Positions 23,811-37,500 of a stretch of 64,000 nt of DNA are shown here, one piece after another; the first letter of the stretch is position 1; each line of letters starts with the position of its first letter. The position numbers and the translations under genes are program-made. The stretch lies in assembly GCF_000143415.4 (NCBI RefSeq), contig NW_003314418.1, positions 1 through 64,000 on the forward strand. Reading direction: 5' to 3'. This DNA comes from Selaginella moellendorffii (lineage: Eukaryota > Plantae > Lycopodiophyta). The notes beneath the pieces were generated by a model that was not told where the DNA came from, ran no database searches, and worked only from the letters and a program-made list of their open reading frames with translations.

Positions 23811-25922
23811 TGTGTTGACCCAAACATCGATCATTGATATCCAGCCATTCCGTGAGCCACCCCATCCCCCATGGATGGAGAGCGGGACGCACAGAGGATT
23901 GAGCATAGGAGAGTCTTCATGAGGAGCATAGTCCTCTGCCTCTCACGTATGAGTCCGTGGTGTCCCATGCATCTGGAATGTTAAGTGCAGTGGGTTTGCC
24001 ATAGTCAGCAATGTAAGATCCAATGCTGGTGTTGTGAATTTCAGCGGCAGCACTGCGCTCCTCCTGCTCCACATCAGTGCCATGCTAGGCGTGGTAATCC
24101 AGATTCTCAAGACCATGCCGGTGAGAGTGAGCTGTGGAAGTCTCTCATGAGCTCTTGTTGAAAGTGGGAAGTAGTGGTGTGGAAAGCTTGCGTTTGAGGC
24201 GCGGGTGGAGATGGGCTCATTGCAGTAAGGTGATAGCTCGTTCCCATTGCCTTCCTTTTGTATCCTATCTCCCTGGTTGCCTCCTGACATGCTTCATATG
24301 TTCTCCTCTCTGTGTTCCATATGGTATCCTCTCCGCTTGCGAAGCATTGCACAGCATGTTGCTGGAGCTGGGCCTCAGCCCATTCGTTGATGGCTAGCAT
24401 TTACAAAGGCTTCATTGGATGTTGATACAGAGAATTAAGTTTAAAGACAATTGGCCCACTTTTATGATGGGCTTAATCTATGTTGACTGGATTGTTCTTT
24501 GCAAAGCATGTATGCAAGGCGATTTTACAAGGAAATTTATCAAATCTTCCGCAAAGTCAATGCCATAATCTGTCAAGAACCAAATCCTTGGAGAGCTTTA
24601 GGAATTAATATATGCATAATGAAGGATAGTTAAGTAATTTGATGATGAGAAGTTTGACATATGTTATCAAACATATTATCTAGCATAGCAATCAGGGATG
24701 CTCAACATCCCAAACAATTCTCCCCATTGGAAATAAGAAATATCACAAGTGCCATTTCCTACTCATCCATTCCCTTCGAAAACTTTCTTTCTATTCTGCA
24801 GGGTGGAGTTTTATATATAATGTTGTTGTATAGAGCACTATTGCTTCTTCAATGGCAACTAGCACTTGTTCAATGTTTCATGACCAATCTATTCTCTTCT
24901 CTTCCAATATCATGGAATATAAGTATATGAAATTTTTCAAAACTAACATATTGGAGTACAATCTTAATCATTCTTAAACTCTTAGGAATACTAGACTCAA
25001 CTAGAGTTATACTTCAGTTCCCAGTCTAGCATCATTCCAAATCCAGTATTGGTATTCAGATTAGAATATTGCTAGCCTTTTGAGACAAGTATAATAGTTG
25101 TTTTGAATCATTAGGATCATCCTTTAGTGATTTTAATCTACATTGAGTTATAATTTAAATAGATTGCTACTTTGTCCTCTATGACATGCTAGATGGAGAA
25201 AAAGTGTTTTATAAGCTTATATTTTTAATGCATCAAGTATTCTTTACAAATCAAATATTTATTTTAATAGCTTTTTTTCTGCAGGCTATTTGCAAAAGAA
25301 CACCCACAAGGTGTATTACCTGTTTAGTATTTGCACACATATATTCTTTATTTTTCCACAATACCTTATCTTTTATGGCTTCAGTTAAGTTATAGTCATT
25401 TACACCTTTGAGTATTTCTTCAATTTAAGCACTATATTTTTGGTTTGCTTAAGCAAACCAACATAGGATATACTTGGGTATTCTTGAATATTCTATAATT
25501 TAATTGTTGATATTTATTTAGAATAATTTTGTGTTTATAAATTAAAAACATTTTAATAATGGTCATCACGTTGACTACATGGCAAAAAGATGTTCTAATG
25601 TATTTTCAAAGCTTTTAAATCTGAGAAGTACTAGTTCAATGTTTGGACGTGTTTGCAGGTGTGATTTTGTGGTGACGAAGCAGGAGGTCCTCCAGACAAG
25701 CTAACTTCTCAAGTTTAACCAGCTGCCACCTCCATGCAAGGGTACTTTCCACGAGCTCGAAGGGTAGAGGGCTAGCTCTTGATTTTTTTGGTTGTTCTCT
25801 AGGCTCCAATCTGTTAGGAGTGATGCAAAGAGACTGTTATTGATCAGGCCAGGGATTTCCAACCCAAAGATATGTTTCTCATACCTGAAAAGAAATATAC
25901 ATATCCTCTTGTAGTTTCTCTT

Positions 25923-27610
25923 CTAAATAGAAGACAAGTGCCTGAGGTTGTACATATCGAAGTACAAACCAAAGAAGCAGATCAATGGATCTCCCCGCGA
26001 CGCATCAATCAGCAGTCGAACGAGCCGAGCAGCGCATTCTTGATCCTCTTCCAGTCGATCCACTTTCCTGTAACCAATGGTGCTACCGCTGCTCACCAGG
26101 TACCAGCCCAGCTCGCTGTCCCATGCCTCGACGTGATATTCCATGACCCTTTGTCCCATGTTTACTGGCTCTCGGATCTCCAGTACGTTGAACTTTGAGA
26201 CCTTGCCAAGATCAAGCTCGATCCAGCCGGTCGACTCCCCTTGCATTGGAGCCCAGAAAGTTTCCATTCGGCCCGAACGAAGAGCTGCGAACGCTGCTTG
26301 CTGTCACGGACAAGGGATTCGCTGCTAAGTTGACGCTGAAGATGGAATCTATGGCGGAGCTAAACCGCTCCAGCGTCTGGAAGTCGGATTCGTCGATCAG
26401 TCCCGACGAGTTTGGAGGGACGTTGAGCAGGAGCAAGCAGTTCCTGGCGGATGATTTGTAGAAAACGTCGAGCAGCTGCTCCAGGGATTTTGGAGCCTCG
26501 TTCCTGTGCCAAAACCAACCGGGCCTGATGGAGATATCGCACTCCGGAGGGAGCCAGTCGGTTCCAGCACTCTCTCCAGACATCAAGTACCTGTTGATGT
26601 TGCGAATTGGATCGAGTTTCACGAGAACAAAAGTTTCATGCAAGGATGGATTTTACGTACTGGCCATCGCTCCTGCCGATCGTGATGGAAGATCTGTTCG
26701 CCATCGCCCAGCATGGTTGTCCGGCCTCGCCATACTCATTCCCAACCCATCGGATGTCAGGGCCAGCGTCGGAAAAGATGTTGGCACCGGGTTGCAGCTG
26801 ATGAATCGTGTCAAACCAGAGCTCAAAATCGTAGCTCATGTTCACTGCAGTGGGTGATTTCGCACCATCCAGCCACACCTCGGAGATCGGCCCATATCTG
26901 CACGCAAAACAAAATGCCGCGTCAAGGCATCTGCTGCTAGAGATGAAAACTACAAAAGCCCACAAGCTCGCGAGCTCCTAATGCTAAAACCGTTTGATGG
27001 GCTGGAGCAAATGCAAACATATCACACAGTGATCATGCCACCAAGAAAAATGCGTGAAGAAGAAGTAAAGAATGTCTCACTCACCCAGTAAGAAGCTCTG
27101 GGAGCTGAGCCAAGTAGAACTCGTTGTAGAGAAGAGTGTCGCCATAGCAGCTCTCGTGCAAATCCCATGGCGAGAGATAAAAGCCCACGTCCAATCCACG
27201 CTCCCTGGCGGCGGCCACGAACTCGGCCACCACATCCCCTTCCCTCCTCGCCAAGAGCTGCTAGCCACGGAGAAATTGGTGTAGGCCGAGGGCCACAGGC
27301 AGAACCCGTCGTGGTGCTTGACCGTGAGGATCACGAGCTGCGCGCCCGCGGATTGGGCCGCGTCCATCCACTGCGACGCATTCAATCGCTCCGGGTTGAA
27401 GATGGAGGGCGATTCGTGGCCGGATCCACGCTCCGAGTCCGTGAATGTGTTGACGCCGAAGTGGAAGAACAGCGAGAGGCGGCGCGAGTGGAACTGGAGC
27501 TGGCGCCATGAGGGAATTGGGCGGAGAGGGAGCGGTGGGGGCGAATTTAGGGCGACAGCTTTCAAGAACACTAGTATCTCGAGGAGCAAGAAAGACAGAT
27601 GGAAATTCAT
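25923..27610 (-). pseudogene. FUC1: Alpha-L-fucosidase 1 (GH29), three exons, two frameshifts
   Basis: Signal peptide, FFHFGVNTF, LTVKHHDGFCLWPS, EVWLDGAK, GPDIRWVGNE, WLPPECDISIRPGWFW. Exons 27610-27085, 26897-26661 and 26590-25923 with GT-AG introns. 1-bp loss in the G-run at ~27237 and a 20-bp deletion at ~26268 relative to the 50-kb copy. Confidence 0.92.
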
Positions 27611-27886
27611 TGCTATAGAGAATGGAGGAGAGAGCCAATCTTATAAGCCCAGTGGAGTAGTGGAGTAGAGGAATTCTCACCAGAGAGTAAAATCTTTGCT
27701 TCTTCCAGGGTGTCCTTGTTCTTGCAAGGCAAGATGGATTATCTTCTTCTTCTTAGCCGTGATCTCCAAGCTAGATTGGAATGTTCTTTCTCCGTCCAGG
27801 ATTCTCAAGAGCTGTGGAGGTCGCGCCCGGATTCTCGCAAAGAATACCTCGCGAATCGCGAATGCGTGTGAGATCCAGCAAAGTTT

Positions 27887-28511
27887 ATGGCATTGCTCTT
27901 CCCCAATTTCGTGATTTTTACAGACACCTCAGAGGATTGCTTGCTCTCCTGGGGAGCACTGCTCAAGAACTGCCGGGATCTGTCACAGGGGACGCAAATC
28001 CACGCCCGCATTGCGCAGAGCGAGCACCGCCGCAACAAATACCTCGCGAATCTGCTCGTCCAGATGTATGGCAAATGCGGCAGCGTCGATGACGCCCGTG
28101 CAATCTTCGAATCCATAGAGAATCATAAGCTCTTCTCCTCCAACATCATGATCCGGGCCTACGCACAGGCGAAAGATCTAAATCGAGCGCGCAGAACGTT
28201 CGATGGGATGCTCCGGCGAGATGCCTCGACGTGGAACTCGATCGTCACGGCATATGCCGACAACGGGGATCTTGATAAACCGCAAGAGGTTTTCGAATTG
28301 GCTCCAGAGAAGAACGAGATCTCTTGGAATGTGATGATCACGGTTTGCATCCGCAGTGGAAAGATAGCTTCTGCCAAGGATTTGTTTGATCGGATGCCCG
28401 TGAAGACGATCGTTGCGCAGACTGCCCTCGTCACAGCATTTGCCAGGAAAGGCCATTTGGATGAAGCCGAGGCTTCGTTTGAGAACATAGAGGAGCGCGA
28501 TGTAGAGTCAT
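27887..28511 (+). pseudogene. N-terminal fragment of a PLS PPR gene, fused in frame to the SEC16 fragment
   Basis: LLKNCRDLSQGTQIHARI...LANLLVQMYGKCGSVDDAR... and S motifs end at ERDVESW, where SEC16 sequence begins. Confidence 0.85.
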
Positions 28512-31054
28512 GGGCTTTTGGCTCTCGCTGTCTACAGACAACTCCAACCGAACAGCAAATGCAGGCTGGGCAGTCTTTTTCTCTTGAGTTGATACAAACG
28601 AAGACTTTCTGGCGACAGGCAACTGCATTTGAGGTGAAAAGGCTACTGATTGCCGGAAAGCAGAAAGAGGCTTTACGGGCTGCTCAAGACGGGCAACTTT
28701 GGGGATGTGCTCTTCTTATGGCCCGGCAGCTGGGAGAGAAGGTACCTTGTCTTGGAGCTTTGATGTATAGACCGTTAGTGATGGTCTTGTGGTTTTTAAT
28801 AGTTCTACACCGACACTATAGCGGAGATGGCTCAACGTCAGTTTCAACCAGGGTTTCCCCTCCGAACTCTAACTCTTCTTTATGCTGGTCAACATGCCGG
28901 AGTGTTCGTAGGGAACACTAATTCGTCGAACGTAACAGCGCTTCAACCTCAACCGGTTCCAGCGTCCGCTGTAGATGGTGCAACACAGGTGAAATACTTT
29001 TATCAAGCTACTCTCTTGCTTTAAGGAGTGCATGTTGACTTGCAGGACGCAGTAGAAGGAATGCTTGAAGAATGGCAGGAAAACCTGGCTATAATGGCAG
29101 CTAACCGAACTAATGGGGACGAGAGAGTGATTATGCATCTTGGTGATTGTCTCTGGAGACATCGAGATGAGGTATATACATGGTCACACGTTGATGTTTC
29201 TCATAGTTTTAACTTGCAGATATGTGGAGCCCATATTTGCTATCTTGTTGCAAATGCTAGTTTTGAGCCTTTCTCCCCTTCTGCCAGACTTTGTCTTATA
29301 GGTGCCGACCATTGTAAGTATCCACGCACGTACGCTAGTCCAGAAGCTATCCAGGTAAGCCGTGTTTGTCCTCAATAACAATTGTTAACCTTTTCTTCAT
29401 CAGCGAATGGAAGTGTACGAATTTGCAAGAGTGACCGGCAATTCCCAGTTTATTTTACTTCCTTTTCAGCCATACAAGCTTATTTATGCGTCGATGCTTG
29501 CTGAAGCTGGAAAGATAAACGAAGCTTTAAGGTTGGTAGTGATTTTTAACTGTATCCTTAAGGTTTCTCTTCAAAGGTATTGCCAAGCGGTGTTGAAAAC
29601 ATTGAAAACAGTGGGCCATGCAGCTGATGTGTGCAAAGAAGCGGCTGTACCCTTGGAAGAGCGTCTTTGTATTCACTCTCAGGTTTGTAATCGGACACAC
29701 GGCTTTTATACTCACTTTCCTGTTATCCAGGGAGGCTCGACGTCAATTGTGCAACAGTTTTTTGGCAATATTGGTCTACACAAGATGACAGGCCCTTCTT
29801 CCCCGAAAGCTTCTGATATGCTGATATTAATAACTGTCCCGCAACAGCTTCTAGCAGAAGCAGTGTATCACTTGCCTTGTCGGCATCAATAGAACCCATA
29901 AGTGATAATACGAGAAGATCCAACATGCCAGCGAGAAGCATTTCTGAGCCTGAGTTTAGGCCTGCACAGGTAACTCGACTTGCTCTTGTGTACCTTCGAT
30001 TAAGACTTGTATTCTTTCATCAGATCGTTAGTCCAGCGAAAGGAATGCCAAACAGAGGCGTCTTTACTTCTTTCGTGCAAAGAGCGATGGGCTTCATAAA
30101 AACACCTTCGAAGGAGGTTTGTAGAAGCTTTGGAAAGAGCGCTAGCTGATTGATGGTCGGTATGTGATGCAGGCAAAGCTTGGCGACAGCAACAAGTTTA
30201 GATACGACGAGACACTGAAGCGCTGGCTTGAAGAACGAGCCAAGGCACAAGCGCCAGAGCTTCCGTTGGCTCCTCCTCCCACGGCAAACAAGCTCGTCTC
30301 ACGCGTGGAGGAGAACGGCGCTCTTATTTCCATGTCTCCGGAGAGACCACCGCCAACTTCGGAAAGGCCGCAACCGGTTGTGAGTGGAATCCCACCAATG
30401 CCTCCGAGCAGTAACCAGTACGCAGCTCGCGCACGTCAAAACGTTAGATCAAGGTACCGTTTTGGTCATTCGCAGCACTCCAATCTCACGAGGTTTTTGC
30501 AGATATGTCGATACATTCAACAAAGGTAGCGTAACACCATCCAAGACATCATCGGACTCTCCTCCACTGTTTGGCGTGGTGCCAAAGGCAAGCGCAAAGC
30601 CTTTGGCTCCAGCGAGATTTTTCGTGCCTGCGGCCGCTGCTGCCGCTGCTCCAGATATCAACAGCAACCATTCGGTGGATCCTTCCTCGGCACCGGCCTT
30701 TGTCCCCGACACGGCATTCTCAAACGGGAATGGACCGTTTGCACCAGCAGCATTCGCTCAGCCGGTTGTACAGGATATGAGAAACGATCCGGGGCCAACG
30801 CCTGATCATCTATCGAGCGGCTCTTCGCCAGCAATGTTCTATTCGAATCACTATCCAGCAGCACCGTCGACCGTCTCGTTGCCGCCACCTGCAGCTCTGG
30901 AAGTTACTCCGCCAGTGATGGTCGAGCAGCAGCAGCAAAACCAACACCAGGAAAGTTCGATTCATCGGCACCTCAACAGTCCGGCACAGTGGGATTCGAA
31001 GCTGCCAGTTTCTTCGGAGTGTTTGGAGACGACTTGCAAGAGGTGGAATTGTAA
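28512..31054 (+). pseudogene. SEC16: SEC16/MAG5-like COPII scaffold gene, 3' portion, multi-exon (copy 1)
   Basis: Spliced motifs EQQMQ|ATAFEVKRLLIAGKQKEAL...LWGCAL, GFPLRTL, WQENLAIMAANRT, LGDCLW, AHICYLVA, EVYEFA, PYKLIYA, AKLGDSNKFRYDETLKRW, RSRYVDTFN, terminal DDLQEVEL*. Introns of ~45-60 nt; 4-bp deletion at ~30971. Confidence 0.9.
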
Positions 31055-31532
31055 ATCACACTCCACAAGTAAGTAGTAGTGACTGTTGCTGGGTGGATTT
31101 TGGTAGAGCAGTGTAGCGAAGTAGTAGTCGTGGAAGGAGGAATTTTTTTTGGCTGGGGTGATTCTTTGGAGCCACGAGCGAAGCGAGGAAGCAAGATAAA
31201 TAAAATGGATCAAACAATATAATTCAGGAATTAAATTCTATAAAACAATAAAATTTAAAATGAAAACGGTAAAATATAACATAGAATATAAATAGAATAA
31301 AATAGAGTAATAAACTACAACATATGCAACATATACTCTTCAATAATAAATTTCAAGCCATGATTCTCATTATATAATCTTGTAAACAAAATTTTGATAA
31401 ATACTAAAAAATTCTAGTTATCTCATTTTTTGAAAAAACTTTTTATGGAGTTTCTTCTTGAACTATATGACAACATTAAATATCTGTACTACATTATTTA
31501 ACAATCCTGCCTAAATTCAAACAAAACTGATA

Positions 31533-34500
31533 CAAGCTATTAGTATCATAACACTACCCTTGCATTTCAAATTCTTTGTCAAGCTTGCATTTTAAATTTT
31601 CCCCCTCTTAGCCTTATGCTTTTTTCTTAGGTTTTATTATTTAGGTTCTCTAGGGTTCACCACTACTGGTTCATGGATCACATCTTAGGAGGCATTTTTC
31701 CTTCCTCTCTAGCACATCCTAAGCATATATCTCTCCCACACTGTTTTGGTTTGTTTATAGCCATGGTAAGTTTTTCTTTCCTCAAAACATATGGTTTCCA
31801 TTATTATAAAGAATATACATTCGTATTTTAGTATTGCTTGGTGTGCGACTATATGATAGTGTAGTGTATTTACAAGAGAGTCATCCCATACTTGTTTATA
31901 GGCATGAGAGCACATGCCTAGAAATCTCAAAACAAAAGAACAAAGATTTACAAGAGAGAGTCATCCAAAACTGGTCTATAGGTGTACAAGTGCACGCCAA
32001 GAAATCTCAAGTTTCTTTGGAGAAACTCAAATTTGAGTTTGGCTAGGCATGAGCCCACACGCTAGCTTAAAAAAACAAAAGACCATGAGATAGAGAGTGT
32101 TGGAAATCCTTACATTTTTGAAGAATGAGTGTGAGACCATGCTTGTTCAAAGTTAAGTAACCCCCATTTCTCTGGTCATTTTACAAACTTGCACTTACCA
32201 ATTTGTTTCTCTCTTAATTTGACTTTGGTTTATTGTGAGCTCATATTCTTTCATCAATACATTAAATTGGGTCTTTAGCATGCAAGTGCATGCTAGAAAT
32301 TCTTTGACTTTGTGTGTGCCTATTTTATGCATTTTTAATTATTTTCACTATATATTTTCATTTTTTCTTTTCTCATATTCACAAAAGGAGCTTTGTTTTT
32401 TAATTTCCTATTTTCTTGTCTTTTTTTTGTACTTTTTCCTTCTATTTGTGTTTTGATATTTGTACTTTTCTTTGTTTTCTCAAGTTGTTAAAGGAGATGT
32501 AATAGAGACTGTTTGGGATAATGGAGAATCAATTGCAAAGGGAAGAATAAAATCTTTAGATGCTACTTGCATTTATCACTATGTTTCTTTAAGAGTTAGA
32601 TGTGTTTTGCTTTGCATTATTAAGATGTTACCTTGAATTACTCCGGATGTTAGTGGGTTTTCTATATAAAAGCAGAATCAATTGATGTTTCTAATAGAGA
32701 TATTTCCTACCAAAATCTCTTAGGGAAATACAATTGGAACATAGAGGAATAATGATAAAGATGTTATTCCACAGAAGATAGAGAGTAAAAATATTTCCAA
32801 AGGCAAGAATATCCTTAATTCTGGTTATTCTTCTATAGATATAAATGCTTGTAGTATATGGTATAAAGATCTTGTGAAGATAGTGCATGCTATACATGTA
32901 GTTGTGGCTGAGGGACTAGTTAAGGTACGATTATATTGGAATCTCAATCTCTTCTTTTGTTGATGTTTCAAGTAAGTTGGAAATAGGTAGTTTAGTTCAA
33001 TGGAAATTATCCCAAACTCTTTTTGGTAATAGTATACCATCTACCATACTAATAAGCACTTGCATTTTTTCTTCACATTATTGAAAACGAAAATATACAT
33101 TTATCAGATGAGCTATTAAGAAGCAACCAAACAAATAGAAATCAAATACTAAGGATTTAACAAGTGGAGGTCCCTTGGGGATGATGGGGAATAAAAATAA
33201 CAATTAATCAAAGCATGGACAACGATTGAAGATAAAAAAATACAAAAATCAAGAATCTAGAAACCTGTATCAACAACAATCTTGGGGACAACAACATTTA
33301 GAATACAACCACTACTCAACTCTGACTTTTTGAACATCACTATCAACTGGAGAACGTAGACGCTTATAGTGAGGACGCACACAACTTTATACAACACAAT
33401 TAGAGGTAGGCCACGATTACTTTATAATAATTTAACACAACAAAGACTCGTAAAAAGAGTAGCCATAGTATGCACTCTTATGATCCCAAAGTTGGCGAGC
33501 AACAACCTTGTTGAAGACTAATCAACTTTACCGAGCTGAGTATAATGTAGCAACATAAATACCAATACATAAATTGTGTTAGTTTACACCACATGATTTT
33601 ACAACTACACAGCATTTCTTCGAGAAGAACTTAACAAACCAAAGACAATAACAACAAAACCATAAAAGCAAATTTAAGAAAATGATAACTCAAGAAAACT
33701 CTAACACAACATCGAATGTACAAACACAACCTTGATCCACTCAAGAAACAAGAGCAAGATCAGATACAAAAAATACGAGAAAAGAAGAAACAACTCCATC
33801 AAGAATTAGAAGTAGACAAACAATAGAAGACTCAAGCTTAAATCAAAATCCTTAAGACTATATTCAAGACTTTCAACAAAACGACCCAAGCTACACCAGT
33901 TGGCAAACCAAACAACATTAACACAACCAATGTCAAGGAAGACACAATCAACCAAAATTTAGACTTAGATCAAGATTGACCACCACTCGAAACTCTCGAT
34001 TACAAAGATTACAACACTGACAACTTTCAGTCTTATCCAGCTTCTCCAGAAACTGAACCATCACCAACAATAGAAAGATGGCACTCATAAACCCAACAAC
34101 ACCCTATGGCATCATGATTATATATTTAATCTTCACTAGTAGCAAAATTGAAGATGTAGAAAGACATTTCCAGCAATTCAACCAAATTATATAAGTCAAT
34201 CAGCAAGAAGACAACAAAGAACTTCTATTCCCTTTCACACTTAAAAGAAAAGCATTAGAATGGTATTATAATCTTGATGAAAAACTTAAGTTTCAGAAAA
34301 AAGTTAAATGATTCAAAGAGAAGTACCAACCCAGTGGCACAACAGTTGAATACCTAAAACATCTCAAGAGCATCAAACAAAGCAGTAAAGAAGATATCGA
34401 AGACTATACCCGAAGATTCAAATATCACGTAAAGTGCTACAAAGATATACTCATTAAACAAAGTAAGTATATTTGGTATGTACAGGGATTGAAATAGATA

Positions 34501-37500
34501 TACCAGCAAATGGTTGCTCTCCCAAGTACGGAAGAAGATCTAGATGTCAAGACCTCTATTGACAATATTTCCAAGAAAATCAAGAACCTCGAAAAATAGC
34601 TCTAAAAATTTTTAAGAGTAGAAACAACAAGAACAAATAACTCTTCTGATGATAAAGAAGAATACAAACTTGAAGTCATGAAGAAAGACAAAAATCAAGA
34701 ACTTACCAAAATACTCAAGAAAGTTACAATCAAAAACAAACTTAAAAAAAGAGTATGGTATACGAAATGTAAGAACAAAGGATATATCATAACAGAGTGT
34801 AAACTACTAAATCCTAAGTGTTAGATTTGTGAAAAAGAAGTATATATAGCAAAGATCTGTCAATACAAAAGATTAACTAAAGTCACATGAGTCGAGAATA
34901 TAACTTGAACTCCTACACCAAGTAGAAGACATTACAATCAACCCAGATAAGAACTATAGCAGTGGTGCTTTGTTGCCATTCATGCCTTGAGATTCTTACA
35001 TTTTGTCTTAGAGTTCTTGTTCTTTGACTTTTCCTCAAGGTCATCTTCAGAAGTGTAGTGTTTTTTTTTTACTTCAAGTTAGAGCTCTTACCTCAGGTTC
35101 ATCTTTAAAGTGTTCATCTTCAATTTAGTCGATGTTGACATTTTTTGTTGTTAGAGGAGGTCTTCGATGTTGCTGATCTTGCTAAGGAGGTCGATTACCT
35201 TGATTTTGTGGTTGTTGGTATTGGGGTCAAATTTCTTGAGTTTGAGGTTATTATTGATAGTTGTTGCGAGGAAATATTCTAGGTGGTGGATCATATTGTT
35301 GATTTTGCTGTTGATAGTTTAGTTATTGCAGAGGTGGTCTTCATTGTCACTTGTTGTGGTACTGTTGTTGATAGTTATTTTGCCAGGGTGGTGGTCTCCA
35401 TTGTTGGTTGTCTCGATAAGGCTGCTGATAAACCTGTTGGTATGGTCGTTGATACTGATTGTCTTGGTTGCCATTGTTGTATTGTCGATGGTATCTAAGG
35501 TTAAGATTATATGTTAAGATTAAAGAGCTAGTCAACACAATTTAACAAACCCTTCAACAACAATAACCTAAAGTTGAAGATGATCAGGAAATTGTGACTA
35601 AAACTCTGTCAAGAAAAGAGGAACAACCAAAGCCTATCACCAACATTCTTCAACGAAGTATCACACTCACCCTTTTAGAACTTTCACAGGTGGCTTCGTA
35701 CTTGAGAAAACAATTTCTCAAGATATGTCAAGCTTCTCCATAAAAAAACTTCAGCTCAAGTCAAGAAAAAAACTAACAACTCATCCCATAAGGCAAACAT
35801 CCAATCTAGCGACTATGATGAAGATGTACCATGCATCCCAATCACGATAGGAAAGAACAAAGTAATATAAGTAATCATAAACGGTAGAGCAAATGTCAAC
35901 ATTATTGAGTATTCAATCTGCAAAGCGATGGGACTTCGACCAATCCACTCTACACCCTTCAGTGTCAAGATGGCCGACAATCGGAGTGTACAACCATCAG
36001 GAATCGTGCACAACATTTCTATCAAGATTAAAGATCAAAAATTTAAGGTAACTTTCATCGTACTTAAAATGGCGAAAGACAAAAGCTGCTACAAAGTACT
36101 ACTCAAATGAACTTGGCTCAAGACAATAGACATTATCACATATTGGAGGAACAATACCATCACCCTTGGAGGACATAAAGATGCTCCACAACTATTTACC
36201 AGTATTGTAAAGAAGATTGCAAAGAAATTTTAACTAACCACAATCAAACAATATGACTAGAATGAAGGACTCGACAGCTATGAAGAAGCTCAAATTCTCA
36301 AGGCATACCCCAAATTAAAAATACTAATCTAAGTCGATCTCAACTGAATTATCCTGAAGAAAACAAGCAATCAAGATCCTCAACTTCAAAATAAAGATTT
36401 TCAATACCAAGATTTAAAAAAAACAAGACAACACCAGCACACATGAAAGAACAATGAGAACATTCAAGCATCAAACTTGAATAGTTTAAACCAACATATC
36501 AACAAATTCCACTCGAAGAACAACCAGGTCTATGACAAAAAGGATCACAACTTACACCAATACTCAACCTTGAAGAACCAACTCAAGAAACTAACCTTGG
36601 AACACCTGAAGAACCAAAAAAAATTCACATTGCCCAAGAGCTTGATGAAGATTTTAAAGCAAAAGCAACCCAACTACTTGGCACTTATCAAGATGTTTTC
36701 ACCTGGTCCTAGACCAACTTACAAGGAATTCCACCTGAACTACACATCAGATTGAACTTCAATCACAAATGGTACCAACAAAGCAATCAGCCTACCGAAT
36801 GAATCCAAACATACAAACCAAAGTCAAGGAAGAGCTTGACAAACTCGAAAATGTTAGATTCATCTTCCCAATTCAAAATCTAAAATGGTTATCACCACTA
36901 GTCATTGTCCCCAAGAAGAACAACAAACTTAGGATTTGTGTCAAATATAAGAAGCTCAATGATACAACTCAAAAGGACATCTTTTCAATTCCATTTTTTG
37001 ATGAAATTCTTGATGCAGTTGCAAGATATGAGATGTACTCCTTTCTCAACGGCTTCAGTAGACACAATCAAGTACACATTGTGCCTGAAGATCAACACAA
37101 GACAGCTTTCATCAATCCATGGGGAGCATATGCCTACCTTCGCATGCCTTTCAGTCTCTCCAATGCACCATTCATGTTTCAATAAATCATCATTGACACT
37201 TTTCAAGAACACCTCACCGAATTTATGTGAGTATTTATGGATGACTTCAGTGTCTTTAGCAATAAAGAAGATCATCTCCAATGCTTAAAGAAATGCTTCA
37301 TCAAATGCCATGAACACAAGATCATATTGAACCCTAACAAGTGTATTTTCTTTGTCAAATCAGGAATTCTACTCGAACATGTAGTTTCCAATGAAGGAAT
37401 CCTTATCGACAAGGACAAAACCCTCACAATCACCAACATACAACATCCATTCGATATTTCAAGCCTTTGATCATTCCTCGGTAAGATGGGATACCATTGA

